Positions 1 through 10,684 of a stretch of 64,000 nt of DNA are shown in pieces. This stretch comes from Candidatus Forterrea multitransposorum CG_2015-17_Forterrea_25_41 (GTDB lineage: Archaea > Iainarchaeota > Iainarchaeia > Iainarchaeales > CSSED10-239). The notes under the pieces are model-generated. The model was not told the DNA's origin. It saw only the letters and a list, made by a program, of their open reading frames with translations, and did not search any database. Location: NCBI GenBank assembly GCA_009392915.1, contig CP045477.1:256001-320000 (forward strand), written 5' to 3'. The position numbers and the translations under genes were made by a program. Each line of letters opens with the position of its first letter. Position 1 is the first letter of the stretch.

Positions 1-2832
1 TCATTTGTAAGCATACCTGTTTCAGCTGAGTTAGGTGATGAAGCAAAAAGCCAAGTAGGAAATGTTTTAATTGAACAAGTATTTTTAGGTGGTGGAAAAC
101 TTCTAAATAAAGTCTTTGGACTAAACCCAATAGTTCACGGTGTCTTAGCAGGTGGTTTTTCTGCAATAAATACTTTTTCTCAACTTTCAAAAGTAGAAAT
201 TGATTTTTCCTTAGATAGAGATCAAGTAAACCTTTCTGAAGATAAAGAAGATTATTTTGAACCATATGATAATTACCTTTTAGATAATAAAATAGAACAA
301 GATGTAACTTTAAAAGACAACATGCTTTTAACTGATAAAAATATCTTAGATGCACAATTTATTGAAACAAAAAATTTATCTGAAATTGATAATGGAAGTA
401 ATTCTCCAAATTTTAGACTTGCAGATAAAACAAAACTTGTAAAAGTTTTAGATTCAAATAATCAAGCAGTATCTTTACAAAAAAGAGAAATATTATTTGA
501 AGATACAAATAAAACAATTGAAAACGAATATGAATATAGAACCTTTGTAGTTAAATATCCTAAATCAACATATACAGGAAAAGTAGATTATGATCTTGGT
601 TTTTCTGATCTTTTAGGATCATGGGCAAATCTTTTAGTTCCATTCTATAATGGTGCAAGTAATATTAAAATAAGTAAATTTTTAGATGGTTCTAATACAA
701 AACTTATAGAAAAAATAAATGAAGAAAAAAAAGAAGAAATACTTTTAGAACCTTTCAAATTAATATTTAATTCTTATGTTAGAGATTCACTTGAAAATGT
801 TGAAACAGACCAAGTTAACTGTGTTACTGAAGGTGGATTACTTTTAGGTCAAACAGGAACAGAAGCTCTTCCAAATATAGCTTTAGATTGGACTTATAAT
901 TCTTCAAATGCACAAACAATTTCAGGTATGAATGTTTCAAGACTTGATTGGTGTGATGCTGATTTAACTGGTGAAGAAAACAAAAACTCAATCTTTTGTG
1001 ATTCAACACAATTCTCAATTGAACTTTTAAATAAACTTGAAAAAATTCAAAACTTTGTAAAAGATAATAAAGCTTCATTTACATGTCCAACACCAGGTGT
1101 TACTCAAAGCTTAATTTCAGAAAATAACAATATAGGAATAACACAATTAAATTCAAGTTATGATTCTTCAATAATTTCTGTTGAATATCTACTTGAAGGA
1201 ACAATGAATTTAGATGATTTTAATATTGTTCCAGAAACATTAGGAAGTTTAGCTCTTACTCTTCTTAAAGACGGAGTAGAGGAAGATAGTAAAATAATAG
1301 AGTTTACTTTAGAAGACTTTATTGAAAATAAATTCTCAGGAACAGAAGAATTTGATGTTGGTTTTATTTTTGATGATGAAACTAATTTTAAAATAACTGC
1401 AATTTTAACTTTATCAGATCCATATAGTTCAGTTGATTCAAAATTAGATAATCTTTTAGAAAATGAATTTACTCCAAATTCAGAAACTTGTGATTTAGAA
1501 AAAACATCTCAAAATATAAATCTTTTCTCTAAGAATAAGAAAATAGATACTTCATTAGTAGAGTTTAGATCTTATTTAATGAAAGATGGATATTCTAATG
1601 ACTTTAAATCAGACTTTGATAGATATTATAGACATACAATAACAGCAGCTCCAGATATCTATAAAGATTATTATTATAAATATTTTACAACAGATAATTT
1701 TACTTTCCAATCATCCTTTGATTCAGAACCTGGAAGATTAATGCTTCAAGGTCCTGGAAGATACAATGTTTTATTAAAAGTAACATTTGATGATGAATGG
1801 AATTTATTTGATAAAACAACAGATGAAGTTACAGGAAAAGTTGAAGTTATTTTAACAAGAGAAATTGCACCTGAAAGAGATTCTCCTCTTTACTATATGC
1901 CATTTAATGGTCTTGTTGGAATTGATTCTGAAAATGCAAGACAAGGTTATGGTGTTGACTTTACAGGAGATGTTGTAACAGTTTCAAAACTTCAAACTAA
2001 TGAATATTTAAGAACAGAGCCTTTTACACAATCTAATACAGTTAACACAGTTTCTGTAAAAGAGTATGGTAAAAATCCAACTGACTTTTCTTTCTTAAAT
2101 AATGGACAAACAAGAGGAATGCTTCTTAATATTAATTTATCAAGTACAAAAACAAATCCAGAGCTTGTCTTTGTTCCATCAAGAGCAACTCCTGTTGCTT
2201 TAAAAGTTTCAAATCAAAATAATGATGCTTATGCTTTCTATAAGCTTGATATAGGAGCTCCTCAAGCTCAAGGTGGAGAACCTGCATTAACTCCTGGTAG
2301 TTTAGTTCCATGGACAGGTGTTGGAAATTGTCTTGACTTTACAGGAATTTCAATTTTAGAAACTTATAAAGGTAGACCAGACATACATGCAATTTCTTCA
2401 AAACTTGCACCTTCAACAACAAGTGACACTGTTTCATATGGTGTTGAATGGGAAGGAAGAAATATTACTAGAAGAGGAGATGTATTCTTAAGAACAGTCT
2501 TTTACACACCAAGTAATTTTAAAACAGGTGATGGTTTAAGTGTACTTACTTTAGATTCATATGATGATGCAGCAGCTTTCTATACATTAGGTCAAGAGAA
2601 TGCAAGTTCTGTTGAGCTTAGAAATGTTTTAGGAAACAATGCAGATATTAAATATATTAGTGAAATCTTTTCACTTGTAAACGAAAAGAAAGCATGTATT
2701 GATTATACAGCTAATAATTTAAAAATTTCATATAATCCAATAGCCGTATCAGAACCATTATTTGGTGGAGATTTATCTTCAGATTCTCAAAATGCTTGGG
2801 TTGAAAGTAAAGGCGGATGTATAATAAATTAA
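1..2832 (+). CDS. Giant surface protein paralog, 5'-truncated. Frame 1 is open from base 1, so the gene begins upstream of the window. It carries the shared C-terminal module (CxTxxG...AxPxIxLxW, YxMPFNG...QGYG, WTGVGxCxDFxG, LRTVFY, KxCI C-terminal tail).
   Basis: No stop codon in frame 1 between base 1 and the annotated Met at 322. Conserved motifs match ORF 2848..10248 and ORF 13134..19577 in the same order. Asn/Ser/Thr-rich extracellular-like composition. Confidence 0.8.
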   Translation, partial: SFVSIPVSAELGDEAKSQVGNVLIEQVFLGGGKLLNKVFGLNPIVHGVLAGGFSAINTFSQLSKVEIDFSLDRDQVNLSEDKEDYFEPYDNYLLDNKIEQDVTLKDNMLLTDKNILDAQFIETKNLSEIDNGSNSPNFRLADKTKLVKVLDSNNQAVSLQKREILFEDTNKTIENEYEYRTFVVKYPKSTYTGKVDYDLGFSDLLGSWANLLVPFYNGASNIKISKFLDGSNTKLIEKINEEKKEEILLEPFKLIFNSYVRDSLENVETDQVNCVTEGGLLLGQTGTEALPNIALDWTYNSSNAQTISGMNVSRLDWCDADLTGEENKNSIFCDSTQFSIELLNKLEKIQNFVKDNKASFTCPTPGVTQSLISENNNIGITQLNSSYDSSIISVEYLLEGTMNLDDFNIVPETLGSLALTLLKDGVEEDSKIIEFTLEDFIENKFSGTEEFDVGFIFDDETNFKITAILTLSDPYSSVDSKLDNLLENEFTPNSETCDLEKTSQNINLFSKNKKIDTSLVEFRSYLMKDGYSNDFKSDFDRYYRHTITAAPDIYKDYYYKYFTTDNFTFQSSFDSEPGRLMLQGPGRYNVLLKVTFDDEWNLFDKTTDEVTGKVEVILTREIAPERDSPLYYMPFNGLVGIDSENARQGYGVDFTGDVVTVSKLQTNEYLRTEPFTQSNTVNTVSVKEYGKNPTDFSFLNNGQTRGMLLNINLSSTKTNPELVFVPSRATPVALKVSNQNNDAYAFYKLDIGAPQAQGGEPALTPGSLVPWTGVGNCLDFTGISILETYKGRPDIHAISSKLAPSTTSDTVSYGVEWEGRNITRRGDVFLRTVFYTPSNFKTGDGLSVLTLDSYDDAAAFYTLGQENASSVELRNVLGNNADIKYISEIFSLVNEKKACIDYTANNLKISYNPIAVSEPLFGGDLSSDSQNAWVESKGGCIIN

Positions 2833-2847
2833 AAGAGGGATTAATTA

Positions 2848-5800
2848 ATGTCATTTAAAGATGCTTGGCAAAATTTTCTAACAAAGATAGACAACAGAAT
2901 ACCAATTAAAAAGATAACAGGCCCACTTGATAAAAAAAATCCCTTAACTTCTTTTTTTATTTTTCTTTTAATAATTTTAGTTGTTTTATACTTAATCTTT
3001 GGATCAAGTATAACACTAAATAATCAAAAACTAACTGAAGTTACAATAAGACTTGCAGATTCAGATAATAATATTTTAGATAATTTTGATTTTAAGATTA
3101 GAAATATATCTGATGGAATAACAAATAGTTATGTTACAAACTCATCAGGTTCTTTAACTTTAGAACTAGATTTAAATAAAAAATATTTATTAATTATTGA
3201 TTCTCCTAATTATGAACTTTTAGAAGAAGAAATTAATTTATCTTTAGATTCTTTAAATTTTATAGTTACTGTTTTAGATACTCCAATTAATTATTTAAAA
3301 ACAGTTTACTTTGAAGATGCATTAACTAATAGCTTAATTGAAGATTCTTTAAATGTTACAATTAGATGTGATAATGGAGAAATAATTACTCCAAATACTA
3401 TTGATACTCAATCTGGAAGTGTAGAAATTAATGTTCCTTTAGAATGTGAAAATATTTATGCATCTGTAAGAGGAGATAGGTATATTGAAGAAAATCTAGA
3501 GATGCCTATTACAGAAAGTACTTTCAAGCTTGAATCTATAACTGAAATATTAGAGAGTGGAAGAGTTTCTATTTCAGTATTTTCTGGAGAAGATATTATT
3601 CAAGATTCAATAACTATTAAAATATTTTCAGTTGATGATTCAATAACTCCAATTAATACTACACAAACAACAAATGGAATTGGTTTTTTTAATTCAATAC
3701 CAGTTGGTGAATATATTGTTAAAGCAAGTGATGTTTCAAATAGATATCTTCAAAAACAAGAACAAGTTACAATAATTAAAAACTCACTTTCTGAAATTAC
3801 ATTTGATTTAATAGATACAGATACAGACTCTCCTATAATAATTGATCCTGATACAAATCAAGAAATTGTTATAAGAGAAGTTACTGTTTTTGTAAAAGAT
3901 AAGGATTCAGGAGAAATTATAGATTCTTCTTTTGATCCTAGTGTTACTTTACTTTTAGATGGTAATGAAAATATTGAACAAAGAAACCTTAATGAAGGTT
4001 TTATTTTTAATATTTCAGAGGATAAATCATATTCTCTTAAAGCAACAGCAGAAGGTTATATTCCTGGAGAAATTATTCCAATAATTTCTGGTAAAAATAC
4101 ATATATTTTTAATTTAGAAAAAATAACAATAAGTAATGTTTCAAACCTTAATATTACTGTTCAAGATGAAGACTTAAAACCAATTGTTGGTTTAAAATCT
4201 TGGATATATGATAAAGATGGACAATATATAGATCCTAGATTTGATTTTTCAACATCTGATGAAAATGGAAATATTGTTTTTGAAAATATTCCTGATCTTA
4301 ATTTTACAATAAAAGTTAAAAATAGTTTTATTGAAGAGACTTCTTCAATGTATCATAATTCTCCACCAGAAGATACTAACATAACATTACCTGTAGAGAT
4401 TGGTACTGGTACAGTTAATTTAACTGTTAAAAATAAATTAAATGATATTGTTTCAAATGCACAAGTTACTTTTTATTCTGAAAGTTTAGAAGTTTTAGGT
4501 AGTTCTTTTGCATCTTCAAATGGAACTTTAGAAAATGATCTTAAAGCTGATAAAAGAATTTTTATAAAAATAGAAGCTGATGGTTATCTTCCTTACTTTA
4601 CAGAGCTTTTTAGAATTTATAAAAATAAAACAGTTACAAAAGAAATTATTCTTGAAAGAGAAAATTTATCAGATGATGTTTCTGTTGAGTTTTTAGGACT
4701 TTATAATTCTTTAGATACTGAAGTTGAATCTTTAAAAAACAATGAAGTATTTTATTTTAAGTTTAAAGCAATCATGCCTGTTTCAAGTCAACATTTTAAT
4801 TTTGTATTTAGAGCAGGTTCTTTTACTTCAGTAACAGAAGATATTGTTTTTATAATGCCACAAAATACTTCTTTAGGTATTCCTGTTTATTATGAAAATG
4901 AGCCATTTAATGAATCAGGGAATTATTTAGAATCTAAGTTAGTTGATATTGAATTCTTAGGATATCCTGCTTCAGTTCATGAAATTACAATTCCTATAAG
5001 AATTAAAAATGCAGCTATTAATGAAAGAGTTTCTTTCTTTTATGATTCTTCAATAAATAATATTGACTTTATGTCAAATAATTTTAATCAATTACAATAT
5101 TTTATAGAAGCTACAAGTCTTTGTGGAGAAGATTTTTGTTTTTCAGGACAATATGTTGATGTTTCTCAAGACTTAAGATATGATATTTCTTCAAATAATT
5201 TAATTTCAACAAATATTCATTCAGATTATATTTTAGAATATCAAATTACAAATTCTTCTTCAAATAGTTTTGAAGATGTAAGACTTTCTACAAGAAATTT
5301 AAATAATGATGATAATCCAGTAGCTATGATTAACATTAATAGTTATTCAATTTCTGGAGAAGCAACTTCTGTTGGTCAAACAATTGAAGGAGAAAATAAT
5401 TTTAATATTCCTTTTACTGGTGATGAAATTAATTTAGAAAAAATTAATCCTTTTTCAAGTATTAATTATACTTTAAATGTAACTCCTTTAAATCTTGGAC
5501 AATCTAAACTTACAAATAGAATTATTTCTCTTCAAGAAGAAATCTATTCTCTTCCTATAAACTTTTCAGTTTCAGAACTTGAAACTATGGAAATTGATTA
5601 TGAACCTAAAAATATTGTTCCTGGACTTCCTTTTGATTTATTAGTAACTGTAAAAGATACTCAAGGAGAATATTTAGAAGGAGTAAATATTAATATTTTA
5701 CAAAAAGTTAGAAATGAGTATATTACTGTTTCAACAGGAAAAACAACTGATCCTCAAGGAAATGTAATAATAACTTTACCATCTTTAAGACCAGGAGAGA

Positions 5801-8800
5801 CTTTTGAAATACAAGCTATAAAGTCAAAATATTTTTCTCAGAATGTTTCTTTTACAATCGGAACTGATATTTTAGATGTTTATTCTCAAGAGCAAATATT
5901 ATCTTCTGAAAGTCCACTTGAAGTATTTATTCATAAAACAAATATTAATGGTGAAACTTATTCTTTAACTTTAAAAAACAAAACAAACTATGCTTTAAAA
6001 ATTAATCAATTTAATACTGAAGATTTTTCTTTTAATAAATCTTATTTACTTAATTTAGAGCAAACTGTTAATTATCTTAATAATCAAATAACTTCTCAAG
6101 CAGAAGGTTTTGTAATTCCTGCAAATGAATCTAAAGAAATTGTAATTAAGTTTGCCCCTTCAGATTCTGCAAGAACTCATCCTGTTTCAGAAGATATTTT
6201 AGGTGCAATTACAGGAAATTATTCTTTAAATAATTATGATTATCGTTTTACAATTCCTGTTAAAGCAAAATTTTCTGTTGGAAGTGGTGTTTTATTTGAT
6301 GATTGTTTAGTTGTAACTCAAAGTCCAGGAGAATGGAATACTGTTGTTTCTACAAGTACTCAAACAACTTCTTTTACAATAAAGAATACTTGTCTTTCAA
6401 AAGAAGGAGAAGTCCCAATACCTATTAAAAATGTACAAGCAAAGATATCTTCTCAAGCAGATAGATATGGTGTTTATTTCTTAAACCTTATAGGCCCATC
6501 TTCTTCAAATCAAATACAGTTGTCTGAAAATTACTATAGAGTTGTAATTGATCAAATGGCTCCTGAAGAAGAATATAGAGTTGATTTAACATTTAATACT
6601 AATGGTACAAGATTTGCAGATGTTAAAACAAATATACATCTTAATGCTCAAGTAGAAACTGAAGATGGTTTATCTTTTGTAAATAAAGAACCTAAAGATA
6701 TTTTCTTAAAAACAAATATTTCAATAATGAATCTTAATGATTGTTTTTCATATATTGATCAAAATGGAAAAGTAATTAATTCAGGTGGTCTTTATACTTT
6801 AGAAGGTATTGAAGAAAATGAATTAACTATTAGAAACAATTGTCAAGGAAAAGCTACTTTTAAAATGAATCTTTGTGATGCTTATGATTTAGGTTGTAAT
6901 GATTTAATTATTACAAATACAGATGAAGAAAATAATATTTTAAGATTTTCACTTAACGATTCTGAAAAAACAGTATATATTAAAAAAGATTCAACAAAAG
7001 CACCTGGTGCTTATATTCTTAATAACAGAGTCTCTGTTATAAATAATTTTGAAAGAGAACTTGCATCTTCTTTTGCTCTTTTAAAAATAAATGCAAAAGA
7101 TCCTAATGGTTTATGGATGGAAGATCCTTTTATAGAGATTAATGAAGATAAAGTTTCTGAGATTAAAAGATTATATAATAATAATTTAGAAAAGACTCCT
7201 TGGGATTATGCAAGTTATTATCAAGGAGAAGAAGGTTTTGGAAAATTTATAACAAATATTTATTATACAGGAAATACTTGGAAAAAATCTTTTAATCAAC
7301 ATTGGAGTAGATGTATAGCTGGAGATGATACTTGTTTATTTAACGGGGATAATTCTTTACTTTCAATGAGATTTTTACCAGAAAATCAATTAAGTAATGT
7401 TGGTGCAGAAGGATTAAGTGCAGGTGGTGCAATTGGGATAGGAATTGGTACTGCTGCAATTGTTTCATTAGTTTTAATTATGGCAAAAGTTGCTGTATTA
7501 GGAAGTCTTTTAGGACCTGTCGGTTGGATAGTTGCTGGACTTTCAATTGTTGTTGCATCAATAGCACCATCTTTCTTTTCAGATTATGATGTAGATGTGC
7601 AACCAAGGTTTTTGGATGTTTCTGAAAATAATACTATTGATAATTTAGTTGCTTTAAAAGAAATATCTGTAGATGATTTAAGTGATCAAAAAGAATTAAT
7701 TAATGTATTTGATATTACTGGTGCAAGATATTTTAAATATTTTAATAATGTTATTTTTGCACATGGAAAACTTGCTTCTAAAAAAGAAATTAAAAGTGTA
7801 CTTCCAAAATGTAATGGTATAAATAATTTAGTGCCTGTTGATCAATTTTTAAAAGTATATAATAAACCTCCATTTTGTGATGAAATAACTATAGAAGAAA
7901 CTGAAGATTCTTATATTTATAAAACAAGTTGTAATGGACAAAAATTAAATAGACTTGAATTAAATTTATTCTATAGTGCTTATTCAATATGTAAAAGTGA
8001 TGAAACATATTGGCCAGAACAAGCAGGTATAAAACCTTTACAGTTTAATTTAACTGATGAAATATATAATTTATTAGATAATGATTCTAAAAAATATTAT
8101 TTTAAAAAATATGAATTTAATCCAACTTTAGATGATTCAAATAGCACACAAGATTTAGCTTTTGTAGATTCAGATAGTGTAGGAAATTATAGATTTGGTT
8201 TCTTTTTAACAAAACCTGAAGAAACACCAAATTATGATCTTTCATTACAAGAATGTGTAACTGATACTGGAAGAACTGGAAAAACAGGAGAAGGTGCAGT
8301 TCCAAATATTTCTCTAAATTGGAATTGGGCTGAAACTGATTGTGCACAAACATATTGTGATGCAACTCAATTAACTCAAGATGTTTTAGATAGAATTAAT
8401 GATGCTGAAAAATTAATTTCATCAAATGTTGTTCAATGTCCTATAAGTAATCAAGAACTTTATGACCAAGCATTAAATGGTTCTTATAAAGTAACTGCAG
8501 AACCATCTGATGTTATTAATGAAATACCTGTTGGAAAAGTAGGTATTAATTCTGTAAAATTAGATTCTCAAAATAATAAATTAGCAATAAAAGTAGTTTT
8601 AGAAAACAGATCTGATACACCATCTTCAGGAACTATTGTTATTAGTCTTGATGATAAACAATTAGAATCTATAAAATACAGAGATGTAGCTTCAGGAGAA
8701 TATATTGAAGAAAATATAGATTATCCTGGATCTTATTCAAAAAGTATAACTGTTCCTTCTGGTATTGATAATACTAATGAAATAATTTTTGTTTATAAAG

Positions 8801-10248
8801 AAGGAATTTATGGTGAAGACTTACCTTTAACTATTGATTATTTAGCAACAAATTCACATAGTAATATGTTTGCTTCAAGTGTTGATTTATCAAGTTATCA
8901 AGCAGAAGAAATCAATGAGTGTCAAGTTCCAGCAACAACTGCAAGATTTGATGGAACAAGTTATTTAGATATGTGGCTTAATAAAGAAATGTATCCTGAT
9001 AATGTTGTAGGTTCTGGTTGGTCTCAAACTGATATTACAAAACTTAAAGAACTTTTAGAGTTTGATGCATACTTAATAACAGATAATTATAATAGTAATT
9101 TTAAAAATGACTTTGATATGGCCTTCGGTGGTCTTGCTTCAAAAGAAGATGGAGCTGGAGCTGGAAATTATGCTATAATGTCTTCTCCAACTGTGTTTTC
9201 AAATGGTTATCTTTCTAAATTATTTAAAAACAATTTAATATTTACAAAAGAATATTCAAGTGAAGAAAATGTAAATATTAATGTTCCAGGAAAATATAAA
9301 ATTAAAATTGATTTATTATTTGAAAATGGTTCTTGGAATTTTTATGAAGGTGATGATCTAGATGTAAATGCATTTGTAACTTTTAGATTTATTTCTTCTC
9401 CAGAAACAGATAGTGTTTTCTATAGAATGCCATTTAATGGATTTGTTGGAAAAACAACTTCTGGATATGATAGACAAGGTTATGGTGTTTCTTACTTAGG
9501 AGATTCTATAAGAGTTGATAATGAAAATGTAATTACAGAAGAAGATTATGGTTCAAATTCATTAAGAACAATAACTGTTACAAAATCAAATGATCTTTCA
9601 AGAATTAATTCAAATATTGAAACAAGAGGTAATCTATTAAGTATTAAATATAATCAAACAGACAATGTAGATTTAATATTTACTCCAAGCACACCAATTC
9701 CTTTACTTATGAGTATTGATAAGAGTAATAATAGCCCTCTTAATGTGATTTATAGACTTAAAGATAAGAGTGGTAATGCTATTAGTTCAACTTCTTTATT
9801 AAGATGGACAGGTGTTGGTTCTGGTTGTGACTTTTCTGGTAATTCTATATATAATATGACTTATTATGATAGATATGCTGGAGATGAAGGTGCAGTTTCT
9901 GCATATGTAGTTGATTGGCCACAAGTCTTAAGAACAGGAAAAATATATTTAAGAACTGTTTTCTATAGTCCTGAAAGAGAGTCTTATTCTTTAGAGAATA
10001 GATCTGATCAAGGTGTTATGGTTAAGTTTTCAAAGAATGGAACTAATTATTCTTCTTCAGTTTCTTTAGGTGAAGATGATTTAACAGGCATTAAATCTAT
10101 TTCAGATGTATTTAATTTAATTAAAGATAATAAAGTATGTGTTGTAAATTCATATGATGGAAAAACTTCTGATTTCTTTTATAATCCTTCAGAAATTTTT
10201 ACAGAGAAGTTTACAAAACAACCTTCTGATTCTTTAGAATGTAGTTAA
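2848..10248 (+). CDS. Giant (2466 aa) membrane-anchored surface protein. It has an N-terminal signal-anchor TM, multiple carboxypeptidase-regulatory-like or transthyretin-like beta-sandwich repeats, an internal two-helix TM hairpin (aa ~1520-1575), and the conserved Cys-containing C-terminal module.
   Basis: Long uninterrupted ORF 15 nt after the previous gene, with an AGAGGG RBS-like motif. Hydrophobic segment LTSFFIFLLIILVVLYLIFG. Repeated ...GYxPxxxEL/... beta-sandwich-like units. Gly/Ala-rich hydrophobic hairpin AGGAIGIGIGTAAIVSLVLIMAKVAVLGSLLGPVGWIVAGLSIVVASIAPSFF. C-terminal motifs ECVTDTGRTGKTGEGAVPNISLNW, FYRMPFNGFVGK...RQGYGV, LLRWTGVGSGCDFSG, IYLRTVFYSP, NKVCVVNSYDG. Confidence 0.85.
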   Translation: MSFKDAWQNFLTKIDNRIPIKKITGPLDKKNPLTSFFIFLLIILVVLYLIFGSSITLNNQKLTEVTIRLADSDNNILDNFDFKIRNISDGITNSYVTNSSGSLTLELDLNKKYLLIIDSPNYELLEEEINLSLDSLNFIVTVLDTPINYLKTVYFEDALTNSLIEDSLNVTIRCDNGEIITPNTIDTQSGSVEINVPLECENIYASVRGDRYIEENLEMPITESTFKLESITEILESGRVSISVFSGEDIIQDSITIKIFSVDDSITPINTTQTTNGIGFFNSIPVGEYIVKASDVSNRYLQKQEQVTIIKNSLSEITFDLIDTDTDSPIIIDPDTNQEIVIREVTVFVKDKDSGEIIDSSFDPSVTLLLDGNENIEQRNLNEGFIFNISEDKSYSLKATAEGYIPGEIIPIISGKNTYIFNLEKITISNVSNLNITVQDEDLKPIVGLKSWIYDKDGQYIDPRFDFSTSDENGNIVFENIPDLNFTIKVKNSFIEETSSMYHNSPPEDTNITLPVEIGTGTVNLTVKNKLNDIVSNAQVTFYSESLEVLGSSFASSNGTLENDLKADKRIFIKIEADGYLPYFTELFRIYKNKTVTKEIILERENLSDDVSVEFLGLYNSLDTEVESLKNNEVFYFKFKAIMPVSSQHFNFVFRAGSFTSVTEDIVFIMPQNTSLGIPVYYENEPFNESGNYLESKLVDIEFLGYPASVHEITIPIRIKNAAINERVSFFYDSSINNIDFMSNNFNQLQYFIEATSLCGEDFCFSGQYVDVSQDLRYDISSNNLISTNIHSDYILEYQITNSSSNSFEDVRLSTRNLNNDDNPVAMININSYSISGEATSVGQTIEGENNFNIPFTGDEINLEKINPFSSINYTLNVTPLNLGQSKLTNRIISLQEEIYSLPINFSVSELETMEIDYEPKNIVPGLPFDLLVTVKDTQGEYLEGVNINILQKVRNEYITVSTGKTTDPQGNVIITLPSLRPGETFEIQAIKSKYFSQNVSFTIGTDILDVYSQEQILSSESPLEVFIHKTNINGETYSLTLKNKTNYALKINQFNTEDFSFNKSYLLNLEQTVNYLNNQITSQAEGFVIPANESKEIVIKFAPSDSARTHPVSEDILGAITGNYSLNNYDYRFTIPVKAKFSVGSGVLFDDCLVVTQSPGEWNTVVSTSTQTTSFTIKNTCLSKEGEVPIPIKNVQAKISSQADRYGVYFLNLIGPSSSNQIQLSENYYRVVIDQMAPEEEYRVDLTFNTNGTRFADVKTNIHLNAQVETEDGLSFVNKEPKDIFLKTNISIMNLNDCFSYIDQNGKVINSGGLYTLEGIEENELTIRNNCQGKATFKMNLCDAYDLGCNDLIITNTDEENNILRFSLNDSEKTVYIKKDSTKAPGAYILNNRVSVINNFERELASSFALLKINAKDPNGLWMEDPFIEINEDKVSEIKRLYNNNLEKTPWDYASYYQGEEGFGKFITNIYYTGNTWKKSFNQHWSRCIAGDDTCLFNGDNSLLSMRFLPENQLSNVGAEGLSAGGAIGIGIGTAAIVSLVLIMAKVAVLGSLLGPVGWIVAGLSIVVASIAPSFFSDYDVDVQPRFLDVSENNTIDNLVALKEISVDDLSDQKELINVFDITGARYFKYFNNVIFAHGKLASKKEIKSVLPKCNGINNLVPVDQFLKVYNKPPFCDEITIEETEDSYIYKTSCNGQKLNRLELNLFYSAYSICKSDETYWPEQAGIKPLQFNLTDEIYNLLDNDSKKYYFKKYEFNPTLDDSNSTQDLAFVDSDSVGNYRFGFFLTKPEETPNYDLSLQECVTDTGRTGKTGEGAVPNISLNWNWAETDCAQTYCDATQLTQDVLDRINDAEKLISSNVVQCPISNQELYDQALNGSYKVTAEPSDVINEIPVGKVGINSVKLDSQNNKLAIKVVLENRSDTPSSGTIVISLDDKQLESIKYRDVASGEYIEENIDYPGSYSKSITVPSGIDNTNEIIFVYKEGIYGEDLPLTIDYLATNSHSNMFASSVDLSSYQAEEINECQVPATTARFDGTSYLDMWLNKEMYPDNVVGSGWSQTDITKLKELLEFDAYLITDNYNSNFKNDFDMAFGGLASKEDGAGAGNYAIMSSPTVFSNGYLSKLFKNNLIFTKEYSSEENVNINVPGKYKIKIDLLFENGSWNFYEGDDLDVNAFVTFRFISSPETDSVFYRMPFNGFVGKTTSGYDRQGYGVSYLGDSIRVDNENVITEEDYGSNSLRTITVTKSNDLSRINSNIETRGNLLSIKYNQTDNVDLIFTPSTPIPLLMSIDKSNNSPLNVIYRLKDKSGNAISSTSLLRWTGVGSGCDFSGNSIYNMTYYDRYAGDEGAVSAYVVDWPQVLRTGKIYLRTVFYSPERESYSLENRSDQGVMVKFSKNGTNYSSSVSLGEDDLTGIKSISDVFNLIKDNKVCVVNSYDGKTSDFFYNPSEIFTEKFTKQPSDSLECS

Positions 10249-10321
10249 AAGTAATATATATAAATATATTGCTTAACTATATTTTATAGGTTTAATATAT
10301 ATATATTAGGTTAGTATAATT

Positions 10322-10684
10322 ATGAGAAGATACATTTATTTATTTTTAATCGTTTTCTTAGTTTTTCCATTTATTTCTGCACTTAGTTATGATAATGAAA
10401 TCTATGTAAACCCTTTTGTTTTTGGTGTAATTAGAGGGGATGATGGGGAAGTTATTTCAAATATTTCTGATGATGAAATAATAGATCCTGAAATGCAAGT
10501 TTCAAGTGCAAATGGGTTTACTAAAAAATCAGATCTTGATTTAACCATAAGAGAGAATCTTTTGATTTTTAAACTTCCTTCTTATCAAAAAACAAATAAT
10601 AATTCTTTAAATAAATATACTTTTATTTATAATACCTTTGATTATCCTTCAAAGAATGTAAATATTTTATTTAAATTAAATTGA
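10322..10684 (+). CDS. Small secreted protein (120 aa) with an N-terminal signal peptide. Function unknown.
   Basis: N-terminal segment MRRYIYLFLIVFLVFPFISALS followed by a hydrophilic mature part. Stop overlaps the start of the next ORF (ATGA-type coupling). Confidence 0.55.
   Translation: MRRYIYLFLIVFLVFPFISALSYDNEIYVNPFVFGVIRGDDGEVISNISDDEIIDPEMQVSSANGFTKKSDLDLTIRENLLIFKLPSYQKTNNNSLNKYTFIYNTFDYPSKNVNILFKLN

Noticed and set aside
824-1078. Short antisense or alternate-frame ORFs embedded in long CDSs: 824..1078, 8117..8365, 10953..11162, 19055..19270, 20462..20746, 22336..22563, 24571..24891, 31694..31918, 34011..34193, 35860..36090, 41651..41860, 42994..43233, 43100..43381, 45073..45315, 47042..47266, 52749..53081, 53490..53696, 55069..55266, 55133..55342, 56696..56944, 62256..62474
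   Set aside because: Each lies entirely inside a much longer ORF with clear homology or family motifs on the other strand or frame. They are 60-110 aa, low-complexity (F/L/I/K/N-rich, as expected from AT-rich antisense), and lack RBS or start context. They are spurious.
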